A stretch of DNA of 52,251 nucleotides, the filler included, from Streblomastix strix (Eukaryota), in the NCBI GenBank assembly GCA_008636045.1. It is 2 parts of 2 records of this genome, joined end to end, with 100 filler letters (N's around TTAATTAATTAA, not from the genome) between each part and the next. Parts side by side here need not be neighbours in the genome. Positions count along the whole stretch, not along the records: positions 1 to 26,088 come from SNRW01000181.1; 1 more part is not named here. One strand, 5' to 3'. The translations under genes were made by a program, and so were the position numbers. This document shows positions 11,486-26,088 of this stretch, one piece after another. The notes beneath the pieces were generated by a model, which saw nothing but the letters and a program-made list of their open reading frames with translations, did no database searches and had not been told where the DNA came from. The stretch's first letter is position 1, and the number at the start of each line of letters is the position of its first letter.

Positions 11486-12792
11486 ATGGCTGCTAGAAGA
11501 GATAAAAAAAATCGCACACGCGAGGAAATTGAAAATAACATCAAGACTTGGAACATTGAGATGCAGCTGCGGGCGGAAGAGGGTAAATACATCGAAGCAG
11601 GTGAACTTGACAAAAAAATCGAATAAGAGAAAATTGACCTTATTGAATGGAGGCGCAATGATATTATTAGTAAGCAGAAAATATAGCTAGATGATTTACG
11701 TACAGCGTATGAGTTCCTCAAGCAGCGTTTCGAGGAGCTTTGGGATGCTGAACAAGAAAAGTTCGAAAACGATGCAGAAAAGCAACGATTAGCAATGCAG
11801 GTGTGCATTCATATTTTTTAATAGATCATCAATGATTTTGTATATGTATTTATCTGAATATCGATGATGGGCTCGCAGAAACGCCAACAGAAGGAATTTG
11901 CTGACCTTGAGGAGCAGCTACGTAAGGAGGAAGGGTTACTACCCAAATTTTCGACTGAGGTGGCATCGTTACGTAAGTCGGAACGAAGCTTAGCCCAATA
12001 GAAAAAGTATATATGTTTTGTACACGTGAAATTTAATATTTTTTTCTTTATTAAAATTATATACAGGTTTTAGGAAGCTTATAAAGCGAAAATTTCAGCT
12101 GATCTACTTGTTTGATATATTTTCTTGCAAAATTATTTTAAAATTTACAAATTTTTGTTCTGGCTATTGTAGGAAAAACAAGAGTTGGAGCGTTTTCGAC
12201 TTGATGAAGAAGCGAGGCACAAATCATTGAAACTGCAAATGTAACAACAGCAGAGCCAGGTGTATATTAAAAATTATTATGATGACTAACATGCTCTGTT
12301 GCTTACAATTTATTTATTATTATCTGTTTAGGAGTATTAAGGGCTTTTAAAGAGATTAGACAGAGAAAAACGTGAATTAGCTGCACAGAGGAAGAATGAT
12401 GCACAAAAGTATGTGGAATACTCCTTTTATATAATTAATACATTATGCATTCATAATTTATCCATTTCATATGTAATTTTAGAATTGAATTTCGCAATTC
12501 AAATGTCTTCCGTGATTTGAAAAACCAGCACAAAACAGAGATCAACAAATTTGAGCGTGAACTCACCACTCAAGGAGATTAATAGATCAAAATATCTGAG
12601 AAGTAAGTAGGTATTGTATTCTATTATATATATTATATATATTATATATTATTATTATTATATACTCTATTATACAATTAAGGGCAATCATTGAACCAAA
12701 CAGGCAGTGTTTCTCTTTCACAAACGAACTCAGCCACACAATCAGCAACAATTACTTCATCACGCACACCTCGTAAGAATGGGAAGAAGTGA
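11486..12792 (+). CDS. Coiled-coil protein, 7 exons, resembling a conserved uncharacterised protist family
   Basis: MAARRDKK...EEGKYIEAGEL...FEELWDAEQEKFE...PKFSTEVASLRKSERSLAQQKKFQEA..K.SADLLE. Six GT-AG introns (first 11801-11878) keep the frame. TGA 12790-12792. Confidence 0.8.
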
Positions 12793-13067
12793 TATTGAAT
12801 AGAATCAGATATAAGAGAGAGATTAAATATGGAGAAGAAATGATGATTATTGAAATAAGAAATGATGACATTGATTTGATATGATTTTTGCTTAGTCTTG
12901 TTTTGCTTAATTTAAAACTGTAGTTCTCACTTGTGTGTTATAATCACCAATTCAAATCTGTTTTATTAGTTACGGAATAAAAAAATACATACATATCACA
13001 GAATATCTTTCATTGAATAATTGTTAATTTTTATTAAATATAACATTACTAAATTTATTCCTAAATT

Positions 13068-14065
13068 TCATTTTTTCACAGATGATGAAATCTTCGCTTT
13101 TGCTTTAGATGCAACTGGTGCTAACTTTGATGATGACTAATTATTAACAGTTGCAGGAGAAGATGTACGTTTAGCAGATACCAAAGGTTGAGATGATTAA
13201 TCTTTCTATGATATGTTTGAAGTCTTTGATATTGCTTTACCCAATCCTTTAGGAGTAAGTGCAGATATTTTATGAGGTGCATTAGATATAGAAGTAGATG
13301 AAGAAGTGACAGATGCAGTTATGAAAGTCTCTTTAATATGATCTGTATATTCTTTAGGAGGAAGTGGAATCATGGGAAGCTCATCTCCAAGTAATGAAGT
13401 CAGCTTCTTTGAGAGATAGAGGAAACTATCTTCACTTTCATCATCTTCATCTTCAGTTGCATTTGAGGATTAAGACGGTTTGCTGTTATTTCCAGATTTA
13501 TCAGCTTTAATATTTGCATCTTCTTCTTCTTCTTCATCATCATCTTCTTCTTCTTCTTCATAATAGATCTCTCCTGTAACAGAATGAAGTTGAAGGAGTT
13601 CAAGACGAATCTCTTTGAGTTGTTCAGGGTCACTATATTTGAATTTTGTTATCAAAGCGGTATCAAGAGCATCTAGTAAAGAAAACAAGCTGTTACAAAA
13701 ATATTAAATAATCTAAAATTCTTAAAGAAAAATGTTATGCTATACATTTCTCCACTTGGTTAAAAGCCTGCAACTGTTGCATCAAACGAAGCAGCTACTA
13801 TAGCACGCAAAAATGTGATCGCACTGCTAAGCGTGTAAATATTCATCCGTTTTAAATATTTCAGAGCTTTTTCACTGTCCACTTTGGTGGGCTTTGGAAC
13901 AGCAGCACTTGATAGAGATGGTTTTTCAAGAAAGAAATTTTTATCTATGTTCACTGGCTCAACTGCCTTAACTCGTACAAGGCGGCTAATTTCAGGAACA
14001 ACTTCAGAGGCATCTCGTAAGACCTCCTGCAGTTGTGCTTTTGTTAACGAGTCGAGCCACTCCAT
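13068..14065 (-). CDS. Hypothetical protein with acidic tract and Ser-rich tail, 2 exons
   Basis: ORFs 13760-14065 and 13470-13688 join through TAA=Gln and intron 13690-13745; open to TGA at 13068-13070. Confidence 0.8.
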
Positions 14066-14911
14066 TAATGAACTATATTATTCAAAATTAATAAATAAAT
14101 TTCAATTTTATAATATGGATTGAATGTTATTTGTGATTTTTTAAAATAATTCTAGAACATGGTTAATATTAATTTAAATTTAACTATAAATAGGTAAACG
14201 TCTGCACAAATATGAATTTGTATAAAAATATAATTGAAATATTAAATTTATCTTTGAATTTTGCAGTAATTGCAGGTGCAAGTTTTGAATCAAATTTCAC
14301 GATTTCTGTTAGATTAAATTTTATGATAATGAATCATTACAATAAACAGCGATTATATTTTCTATTTTCATAGAATTTCAATTTGATTGCAAAACTAAAC
14401 GATTAGTAAAATAAGAGCCTAAATTTCATTTCATAGAAACTCTCACGCCAAACAAATATGTATAAATATTCATTAATCATGATTTTCTACATAAAATATA
14501 CAATATAAATTATTTTCATAGAATATTGAATGAATAGCAATGCCAAATTATAGAACAGTCATCAATCAAATAAAATCTAATTCCTGGATGTTCTGTTCAT
14601 AAACATTTTTTAAATAATAAATTTTCAAAGAATAATAATTATGACTAATAACATTTATAGATTTAATTAACTAACTTAATTAATGGGAAACTTTAAATTA
14701 TCTTGCAAAATTATACAAAAATAAAATGCTAATTCCAAAATACATACACTGGCACGCTTAATTATTTTATTATTATTTAGCTAAAATGAATAATATTATC
14801 TAATATTTAGGCTATTCAATCAATATTAAGCCAATAAAAATTATTTAAATCAATTTTTTCATTGTTTCTTTATTTTCACAATTTTTTGAAACATGATAAG
14901 ATTTATTAATC

Positions 14912-16805
14912 ATGATTATATTACTCATACTCTTCACACTGTCTTTTGGTGTGGTATTTGAGAAAGGAAATCTATACTATTCCCCAGAAAAAGTTGGAGA
15001 TAATGGAATTCTAATACACAATTTCAAGAATTATGATGATAATCTTGGATTTTTGAAATCATAGAAGATCACAAACTTTAATCAGATTGTGGATAATGTA
15101 ACCAATACTAATACATAGTTTACATCTATACCAAGTGAAGGATTTGATGATCTGAAGACAACATCAGCACTGACATAAGAAGAAAGAAGATGTAGAGCAG
15201 TTTTAGATTCATATAATTCAGGTTTATTTGCTCTATATGGTTATACAGCAAAAGCAGTTGAAGATGCAGATATTACTCCATCAATTACAGCATTAATAAA
15301 GAGTGGTCCAAGTCAGGTACAATATTTGAATGTCCCATCTGACTATAGTTAAGTGTTCAAAGATTATAATGTAACTCAACAATGCAATGATGAATAATAT
15401 GAATTGTCATATGGATTGAGTAATAAAGGAGTTATAGATTCATAATGTATCCCAAATACTGATATTCCAGAAGATACAAGTAGATGCATTGGTTCTGGAG
15501 TTGAATATCAAACTCATCTAAAAGGATTTAGAGAAGGATATTTCTATTATGGAGACGAAAGGATGGTAAAAGATCTGATAATTAGATTTGGAGTAGTTAT
15601 ATCATATCCTGGAGTAATGATTGGATGGTAATATAGGAAATGGATTATAGTAGATTATGATTCAAAAGGGAAATATCAATTGAATTCTGTGGATATATCA
15701 GCTTCATCATATTATGAAGGAACAGTCTTATTCAATGAATTGAATTATCATAAGGATGGAATATCTGGAGGAATAATTGCAGTTATTATAATTGTTGTTG
15801 TAGCTGTAGTTGGTGCTGCTTTAATTCTCTTCATTATTCTTTATCTTATGTACCAGAGGGTATAAATTTATATTAATTATTAATATTTATTTATTAGACA
15901 TATAATTTTTGTTTGTTCTTTAGAAAATATATTTCTTCCAGGAAAATAAATATAAGAATGAGTAAAAGAGTGCCAAATAAAATCACAGTCTTAAACCATA
16001 AGCAGCAAAAAAACTTTCTTCTTCTGTGAAAGCTTAGCCATCAAATCCCAAAAGAAGGGTCAATTAATCTGCATCAAATAAAGATTCATTTTCATAAGGA
16101 ATTAAAATGAATTAGAAAGAAGTTAAATAATAACAGAATGAGTATGTATAAGATACAAGTAGAAGTACAACTAGCAGACTTAGTAATAAAGATCAAGAGA
16201 TCAAATAATAACAGAATGTATAGGGATAAGATACAAGAAGAAGCACTAGAAGCTAACTTAACAATGATAAAGAAATTAAATAATAAAATGAATAAGGATA
16301 AAATACAAGTAGGAGCACTAGAAGCTAACTTAGTAACAAAGATCTTTCTACTAGTTAAAATGTTCAAACAAAAGATTAAATAGGAAAGGAAGATAATATG
16401 AATAAAAATGAAGTAGTTTAATAGAAATAAATTGTTGAATCAAACAATACCAGCAATGATATTTCAAGGTAAAATACATTAACTAAAGAAAGAATTAAGC
16501 AGGAAGATAGTAATAAGAAAGATTAAGAAGATAAAGTTGGTTAAGAAAATAAAAGTGAAAATGCATAATAACCACTAAGTGCAAGATCAAAAACCAAATC
16601 AATAACAACTCTACGCAAGCATAGATTTGCAAATACCACTCAAAATAAAGACTAGAATATTGATGATAAAGGGAATAAGTAAGAAATAGGAAAATAACAA
16701 AAAGATGTGGGATAGAGCAGTACAGAACGTAAGTCTGCTGGTTAACCAGTTGTAAGCAATGATGAACAGGTTGAAGATGATTATTAATTTTATAACTAAT
16801 TATGA
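14912..16805 (+). CDS. Type I membrane protein with a degenerate papain/cathepsin-B-like ectodomain and a long polar cytoplasmic tail
   Basis: Signal peptide MIILLILFTLSFG; HLKGF...GDERMVKDLIIRFGVV...IGW; TM GIIAVIIIVVVAVVGAALILFIILYL; intron 15860-15923; TGA 16803-16805. Clear paralogue of 38736-39842. Confidence 0.75.
16115..16345 (+). repeat. Three ~75-bp coding repeats (EIKQQQNEQGQDTSRSTRSQLSNKD-like)
   Basis: Units built around taa gat aca agt aga agc act aga agc taa ctt agt aat aaa gat. Confidence 0.7.
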
Positions 16806-17069
16806 AATAATCATGATAAAGCTTGATATTTCTTTAATCATGCAAATTTCTCATGTTTAAATATTTAATAACAAGAGTTTATTTATTTTCATATCAATAC
16901 TTGTTTTATCAGCCATATTTTATCATTTTTAATAAATAATATTTTAAATCAATGTACTTATTGCTGAATTTTCATTTTCCATAAAGAAATCAACTTTTTG
17001 TGCTTATCTGCAGTTTTAATTCAACTTAAACATATAATTTATAAATTATAATATTAGTTATTAGAAAAA

Positions 17070-18337
17070 ATGTTGAGTAAAATTAATTTGCATACAAATA
17101 TGCTTCATTTGGAGGACATGGTTTAGAAGATGCAAACTTATGCCGAGTAGGAACCTCTTCGATATGAAGAATAGGAAATTCGTGAACTTGAGAACAAGTT
17201 GAGAACTGCTTACTTGAATAAAGAACACATGCGCCAGATCTAGGAGTTAGATGAACTAAAGAAATGAAATTAATTTTGATAAATTCCATTTGAGATGATG
17301 GATTTTCCATTACCACCTCCCACACCAAAAGAATTCAAAGAAAACTAATAGATTCCTATCATCCCAACCGAATAATATCTTTCATAAATACAACCACAAA
17401 ATAATAATCAGTTTTTCCCACCTATTAATATTCAAAATATTCATCCAACAAAAGATGATAATATTATCCATTCATAATTACCACCTAAATATCCAAACTA
17501 AAGACTGAATAATCCAGTCACAGATAATTAAGATTTAAACGAACATTTCACACAATCATAATTTCAATTACCATCTGATCCACCTAGTATATTTGTAAAT
17601 AGAACAAAACCACATAGTTTGTAGACATCATTTCCAATTCCTTTCTCATCATCTCCATTCACTTCAACACAATCAACTATATTCTCTGATAATCACATTA
17701 AGGATAGATCATACTCATCATCTCCTTCATTATTATCATCTTCTTCTTCATCATCATTCTCATCAAGAAATAAATCATCATCACCATCATAATATGAATA
17801 ATATTATACTCCATCAAATAATCTAAGATCCAATTATTCATCTTCTAAATAATAATCTCCTTTTAACACTTCAAGTACGAACAGATCTTAGATACTTGAT
17901 AAATGGTAATAATCTCATAACTCAAAATATAAATTTGAAATTAAAATCAATCCACTTCATAGTACAAATAATTAATAATCTCAAATATCAAACAATCTGG
18001 AATATATGAATAAAGAAATATAATACAATTAATGGAGAGATGAATAAAGATAGAAAGAAGAAAAGAAACAATTGAATATGAGCATATTGAAGATCAGCTT
18101 AGATGAGAAATTGAGAGAACATAAGACAGATAAAGAGTAGAGGAGAATCAAATGGATGAACAGATTGAATAAAAGACAATAAGATAAATATAAGTATTAT
18201 GATGAAGAATAAGATTAATTGAGATATAGGCATAAAACAGAATAGATGATAAGAATGAAATAGAATAAGGATTAAGATGAATAAGAGAAGGAAGATGAAA
18301 TGATATAGTATGAAGAATATAAAAGAATGAAGGAATT

Positions 18338-18429
<92 letters not shown>

Positions 18430-20750
18430 TAATACAATAATAAATAGAAAAGGATAATGAATTAGAGAAATAGAATATAGAAGAATAAATAAGAATTAAG
18501 ATGTAATAATAAGAATTAGAATAAAGTTAGAAACTTAAATAAAGTTAAAGATAAACTAAATAGAATATTATTAAATAACAACAATAATAACATTAATAAG
18601 AGTTAATTGAAATGATTAAAAATAAAGATCTTGAGATTAAATAATAGTAAGAATAATAATGAACGAAGATTAAAGAACTTTAAGATATTAATTTTGAAAT
18701 TACAAACAAGAATTAGGAAGCAAATAAATAAAGAAAGAATTATAACGAAATTAAATTGTAACTTCGAAGGATTATTCAATATGGTAAGTTCCTTAATGAT
18801 GTATAATAAGAGCTTAATCTGATTAAACAGCCAATGTTAATGATGAAGCATTCAAGGAAAGGCAAATAAGATAAAAGATGGATATTTGTATATGAGACCA
18901 ATGAAGGAGGAAGATATAAAGAAGATCAATAAAGAGAGAATGAGATATAATAAAGAACTAATGAGAGATTGAAGAAGGAAATATCAGTTAATACATTATC
19001 TATATAGAATAGAGTTAAATAAGGAAATTAATAGGATTAATCATATTTCAGTGATTAAATAAGATAAAGTATTAATAATATTAATTAAGGTTAAGGAAGA
19101 GAGAATTCATTTAATAAAGATTAATAAACATATCAAAATGCAAAAGATAGTTTTATTCATGATTTAAATTTATAGGTCGAATTATAAGATGAAAAAGAAA
19201 TGAATTATAATGAAATATTTAATACAACATCTGATATTGATACTTTAAATGAAATATTAAATAAAAAAGAAATTAAATTAGAATAAATATAACAAAATAT
19301 TCAGAATTTAAATAAAAGAATAAAGAATTCAGAAGAATGCAAAAAATAGTTATAAAATGAATAAATATAAAAAGAAGCAGAAATGAATTAGTTTCAATAG
19401 AGGATTAATATCATAACATAATAATTCATACAAATTCCTCGTTTAGTAACAGAATAGTTGTTTCTATGTTGGTCAGACTCAAATGATTAACCTTATATTT
19501 AAATTCCAAAATTAATTAATACATTTTCATAAACACAACTTCCATAAATTGAAGACATTGATGATAATGAAGAAGAATAAGAGAATAATGATAAAAGTAA
19601 AAGATTAAAAAGAAAGAATATATTAACATAACAATAAACTATGTAATCACAATAAATTGTTTAATAAGTTAAATAATCAAATCAAATTCGATATGGAGAT
19701 AAGATAACTAAACTTCCAGATAAGCATTTCTTACTTTCAGAAGCAATAAAGATTGTTTTTGGATAAGATTCATATTTATTCAGATAATAATGGGATTAGG
19801 AAAGAAAATTGAAGGATGAATAAATGATTAGATTCATTCGATACAGAAATAATAAAGAAACTCAATCATTAATAAAAGAAGTTACATACGATGAGAATGA
19901 AATATAAAATATTTATAGTCAAAATAAATAACTGGATTAATAATCTATATACAGAAGATCAAATTCACCAATTCAATTAAATTAAGAACATTCTCAAACT
20001 CCATAAAGGAATAATTCATATACCAATAATAATCAAATTCAATCATCACAATCACCAAATTAAACACAATATACATCATCATTATAATAATAATTCTCAT
20101 TAACATCAACAAGAAGATCAATATCTCCTAAAGTTATGAATCCATCCCTAAGAATAACTACCCTACTTTCACCTTCTAGATAATTAATAGCAAGTTAAAC
20201 AGTGGGTACTGCATTTGCTACTGGTGCTGTTGATATATCTGTATTGAGATAAAGCTAGAAATAATAGTAAATACCAACTTAAATTCAGAGTAATTAGAAT
20301 TAAGGAAGAAACATCAGCCCAACAAGAGAATAGTAAAATAGTGCATAATTAGATAGTGCTAAGAAATAGATGAATGCAAGACTACTCTACGCTTATAAAT
20401 CTGTTCCTATATATCCAGTTTAAGCAGCATAATAATAATAATGGAAACATATTCAACCTCCTCAATTAAATACACAACAATAAAGAGATGAAGATAGATC
20501 TTTCTCTGTTACATTCAAAGGAATTGATAGATTGAATAGTAAATAAGATAAATAACAACATAATGAAGATTTTGAAGACGAATATGAATAAGAAGAAGTT
20601 GCATTCATTGCAAAAACAGAAGAGGATTGCATTCGATGGGTAAAAGCACTTTCTGATATAACAGGACTTAAGATCGAGTGTTCTGATTTCATAACTGAAG
20701 AGCTAAGGAAGCAATTACCGTTTGAATATTAGAGTCTATTTACATCTTGA
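17070..20750 (+). CDS. Intronless ~1,226-codon frame with an MNS1-like N-terminal motif, poly-Q, coiled coil and split PH domain; 3 in-frame TGA
   Basis: EIRELENKLRTAYLNKEHMRQIQE (cf. MNS1 ELRELEKKLKAAYMNKERAAQIAE). PH elements MKHSRKGKQDKRWIFVY, LFLCWSD, FLLSEAIKIVFGQDSYLF, RSFSVTF, VAFIAKTEEDCIRWVKAL. No frameshift. TGA at 17265, 17277 and 18660. Confidence 0.65.
18339..18428 (+). repeat. (TAA)30 microsatellite, in-frame poly-Gln
   Basis: 30 consecutive TAA codons in the frame of 17070-20750. Confidence 0.9.
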
Positions 20751-21048
20751 GTACAAATGGAATATATCGACTCAATAATTATGAGGAGGATTTGTAATAA
20801 TCCAACAGTTTAGTTTTTTTATTGTTTCATGGAATAATTTTATTTTTAAATACAATTTTTGTATAAAAATCGCCAATAAACTTATATTTTATATATAAAA
20901 ATAATTTAATTTGCTTAAAGTTTTTATTTATGATTTCTAACAAAAAATGCAAAATACATTATAATTAACTGAATAAATATTATATTTATTAAATGAATTT
21001 TTGATATTATAATTATTATTTATTTATTATTTATGATACTTTCAGAAA

Positions 21049-24000
21049 ATGATAGAAAATGATGCACTTAAATAGCTCAGGAGTGAAACTTTAAAATTAT
21101 AGAAAATTATAGACCAATAGAAGTTATAAATTGAATATTAATAGGCTGATAGTGATATAAACGAACGTGAGAAGGCATGAATGGAAGAAGAAATTAACGA
21201 ACTTCAATCAGTAGTCGAATCAATTGAAAGCAGATCGAATGCAGAAAGAGAAAGGTAAATTTAACATATTTAAATTGAATTTACTTAAGAATTGGCTAGA
21301 ATACAAGAAGATCACGATAAATAATTAGGAATTTTGCAAGAAAAACTTGATATTGAATGAGTTACTACTGATGATCTTCAAAATAAGTTAGTTATGGAAC
21401 AAAATTCTAATAGTCAGATTCGTGAAATAAATACAAATACCTAGCAGAAATTGGTTGAATTAACAGATGAACTTTAAAACGTTCAAGAATAGAAAGTTTT
21501 ACTTTAGGAATAAATTCGTAATTTAGAAGAAAAGATAGGTAATAATCCAATTGTTTCGTTTTAAAAATTTATTATTTCCTATATTTTAAATATTCATTTT
21601 TTAAATATATTTCAATCGTTTTTAATTAGTTTATTGGACTGAAGAAACAGAATAATCATAATAAAGAGAAAAGAAATTATAAAGAGATATTGAAGATACA
21701 AAAAGAGAATAGGAAAGAAGGTTTATATTAATAATCAAATTATTTGTATTAATTTTTTATTAATTTATTATATTTTTATATATTAATATAAGAATATTAG
21801 AAATAGAAACACAATAATTGAATAAAGAAAATGAATTGAAGAGAGAAAACGAAAATCAAAATAAATTGATTGAAGAAAAATAAATTTAATTTGATGAATA
21901 AAAATAAGAGTTGGAGAAAATTAAAGAAGAAAACAATAAGATAATTGAATAACATACAAATGATGAATAAATAAAGAATGAATATTAAAAAAAAAATAAA
22001 ATATTTGAAAAAGAAAAAGAATTAATAAAAGAATAAATGAAGTAAAAAGATGAAGAAATGATAAAATAATAAGAGAAAATATAAATGCTATAAATTGATA
22101 AGCAGAAACTATATATAGAAAAAGAAAATGAAGTAAAATAAAGCAAAGAAAATACATAATAATATAAATTGGATATTGAGAAGATGAAAATAGAGCATAA
22201 ATAATCAGATAATCAGAATGAAGAAGAAAGAAGACAACTTATGATATAAATAGAATAATCAAAGAAGCAAATATTTATTATTGAGAAGCAGATGAGAGAA
22301 TAGAATATTAAGAGAGATTAAGAGAATAAAGAAGATTAATAGAAGAGAAATGAAGAAGTTAAATAAGAGAATGAAAGAATGAAATAAGATTATGAATGGC
22401 AGAAATAGGAGAAAGAATAAGAATATAAGAGAAAGATTCAGAGTATTGAGAGTTAGTATATATTGAAAGAAAGAGAAATTAGAGAAGTATATTATTATAT
22501 TTATTTATTAATTATGTCTAACAATTATATTTACTAATTGTATTTATTAATAATATTTAATAGTATTTATTTATTATATTTAATATCTATTTATTAATTG
22601 TATCTAACAATTACATTAATTTATCTTTAATTTTTATTATATACAGCAATTCACATCCAAAATTGTGCTATATGAAGAATAGATTGTAAAGTTGAAACAA
22701 AACAATGAAATGCAAATAAAATAAATAAAAGATGAATAAGATAAAGAAAATAAAGAGAAATATGAAGAATAAATAAGAATAAGAAAAGATATTGAGATTA
22801 TTAAGAAAGAGAATGATTAGAAAATAAAGGAGAAATAAGAGGAATTTGATGTTTGATTAATGTGAAATTTATTTTTATTATTATTTTTTACTTTCTTTTA
22901 CATTTATTAATTTATTCTAATATATAATATAATGTTTAAGACATACAAGATTCAAATATAAAATGAGAAATAAAGAGATGAATAAAGGAATGAAAAAGAG
23001 ATGGAATTGAATAATAAGGATAAAGATATTATGATTAATAAGCAGATAAACTAATTATAAGAATAAAATGAATAAATAATAAATACAATTAAAAGTGAAT
23101 ATGATAAATAGAAAGATAAATATGAAGGAAAGATTGAATAGTTGAAGAATGAAATAATTGATATTAAGAATAAAGGAGAAAAGGAAAAGGAGCTAGTGAA
23201 GGAAAATAATATGAAAGTATAGAAGATATTATTATTATATATAATACATTAATATAATTATTTTTGGTATCAATTTTCTTTTATCTTTATATTGAAATAT
23301 CAAAGGAAATAAATAAAATGGAATTGAAATGGAAAGAAATGAATGAAAAAATGGAGAAAGAGAATTAAATAGTGTGAAATAAATGAATATTATAAATATT
23401 AAATATTAATAAGATTATGTTAATATTAAATCATTTATTATTCATTATTATTCTTTTTATTTATTTGCTGATACTAGAATCTCAATTAATAGTAATAATA
23501 GTTCAATCAAAATCAATAATTATTAATTTAATAACATCAAATGAATATAAATGAAATAAAATAATAAAATTAAGAAGAAATGAGACAATTAAAAATTAAA
23601 TAAGATAGTAATGTAAGAATACTCGAAGATAAATGGAAGAAATTAATTGAAATAAAAGTGGAAGAAGATAAAAATAAAGAATAATTACTATAAAAATAGA
23701 TTGAATAATATTAAATAACCATAAATAATAATGAAAATGAAGAGAAAAAGCTTAAAATTGCTGAAATTTAGTCTTAATTTGAATTATTATAGAAGAAATA
23801 TTTGTAATTAAAAGAAGATATGAATGAAAGTGAAGAAAAATAGAAGAAAATAATTTAATTGGCAGAATAATAATCAAATGAATGGAAATAAGCATGTTTA
23901 GATCGAGAAGAAGAGATAAGTTAGTTGAAAGTATGAATATAAATATAATAAATATTATTGCAAATATTTATTGTATCTATAATTATAATATTTTAATTAT

Positions 24001-25654
24001 ATTATATTATTAATTGTTATAGTCAAGTTATTCAGGTGAAAGAGAAATGAAAGATAATTAATATAATTAAATGATGATGAAGAAAGAAAAAGAAAAATGT
24101 ATGATTATTGAATTAAGAAAGAAAAAATGATTTCAAAGATTATTAAATATTTTTTTTATTTAAATTATTTATTTTGATATATAATTTACAGTTATTATAA
24201 AAGAAGTCAATGAAAAGAAAATAATTTAATTGAAGAAAGAAGTAAATGAGAAAGAAAATGAAATATTCACGATAAGAAAATAAGTATGAATTAATTTTCA
24301 TATTTATAAATATAAACATTTTTTTAACTTTTATTATTCATTTCTATTTCATAAGCTTACTGATCTTCGATTATAAATGAGTGTATAATCTGATGTATAT
24401 AATAATGATAAAAGACAAATGTAATAATAATATGATGAAGAAATACAAACTTTAAAGAAAGAAAATGGCGAATTGAAGGAAGAAAGAGAAGGTTTAATAT
24501 TTATGCAATAATAATTTATGTTATTTAATAATGTAAAATAATTTATGTTATTTAATAAATAATATAATTCATATTATTTAATAAATAATATAATTCATAT
24601 TTAATTATATAATATTCATTTATTAGGATGGGTAAGATACTTCCTAGTAGAGAAAGAGAAACTAACAGAATAAAGAGTACAGTTAGCATTAAAGATTGCA
24701 GATGAAATATAATATAACAAAGAAGAATAAGAGTAAGAGAAGTAGAAAAGAATAAAAGACAAAGAAATATTAAGAGAGAAATATAATATGAAATAATATA
24801 AAGCTGTATAAAGAGAATAAGAGAATATGAATAAGTCTAATAAGGATATTAATAGATAAAAAGATGAAAATGGAATGAAAAAGAATATCATAAAAGAATA
24901 ATTGAGCTTGAATGAATAATCATTTCATTCTCCTCAATTATTAGATTATGAATAAATATATCCTAATTCATCATCATTATCACCAAAATAATAATAGAAA
25001 TCTTTTTAATCTACTCTTTCTACTTCTCAATAACAAATATAAAACTAATATTCGCAATAATATCCAAAATTTCCAAGAAATTAAGAGAAACTATTGAATT
25101 AGAATGAAAATAAAACAATTTCCTACATTTCTCAAATATCCAAATAAATTTTAAATAATATTGAATCATAATCATCAACTCCAATTTCATCATCAACTAA
25201 TAATCATTATTCACCAACTCAACCAAAATCATTTCTATCTTCAGTTCATCCAACTCCTCCATCTTAATTATATTAGCAATCTCCTTATGCATAATCAGAA
25301 TTATAATCACATTAATAATAATCTTCATCTTCAAATTAATTAACTTCTTCTAAATATCCCAATAATTCATCATCATCTTATTCAATTCTTTCTCCTTCAC
25401 TTACTTCTATTCTCCAAGATGCAAAATAACAAATTAATCATTCATTCCACAAAACAAGAATATAAACACATAATATAATCTATCAAAGTGATAATGAGAG
25501 GAATTAAAATGGGGATATTAATAGACGTGAAGATAAAGATTATTTATCAACATCATAAACTTCTCCATAATAATAAGAGAAATGGAGATATAAAAGTACT
25601 GGTTCAGAAGATAATAATGATTGTGATTGTGAAATTGAATCTTCTGAAAGTTGA
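21049..25654 (+). CDS. Large coiled-coil protein, about 1,200 aa, 11 exons, Ser/Pro/Gln-rich tail; 2 in-frame TGA in exon 1
   Basis: Ten GT-AG introns give one continuous E/K/Q-rich frame to TGA 25652-25654. Internal TGA at 21178 and 21358. Confidence 0.7.
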
Positions 25655-26088
25655 ATTTAATTAATTAATTAATTCTTTGAATGATATTTTATTATTGTAT
25701 TATTTCACTTCATTTTTTTCACTTCAATATATTTTATTATCATTTCATCCATTTACATTGTAAGATAATTAATAAATGAATGTGCTTATAAAAACAATGA
25801 ATATTAAAAAACAATGAGATTATTGCTTTGGCAATGTTTATTATATTTAGATAAATACTAGATATTTAAGATAAATGAAAACTAATGGAAAATATTTCTA
25901 TTAATGGTATTTTCCCTTAACCTTCTCTGGTTAATAGTTGTTTAAAGAATAATAAACATATTTTTCAAACGAAATAAATTGATAAGTGCTATAAAATATC
26001 TAGTTAATAAATAAAGATAGGAAATAATAAACATTATTCATCTGAATAACCAACTATATAATTTCACTGTTGATTATAAAATGACAAT

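Noticed and set aside
11831..11857. Box C/D-like ATGATT...CTGA in an intron
   Set aside because: Far too short for a snoRNA, and no guide sequence is evident.
17265..21360. Selenocysteine as the meaning of the internal TGAs
   Set aside because: Contexts are coiled-coil or disordered, with no redox motif, and I could not recognise a SECIS. A SECISearch run would be needed to exclude it formally.
24521..24600. Short tandem duplications inside introns (also about 22505-22615 and 26645-26702)
   Set aside because: Ordinary slippage in AT-rich introns.
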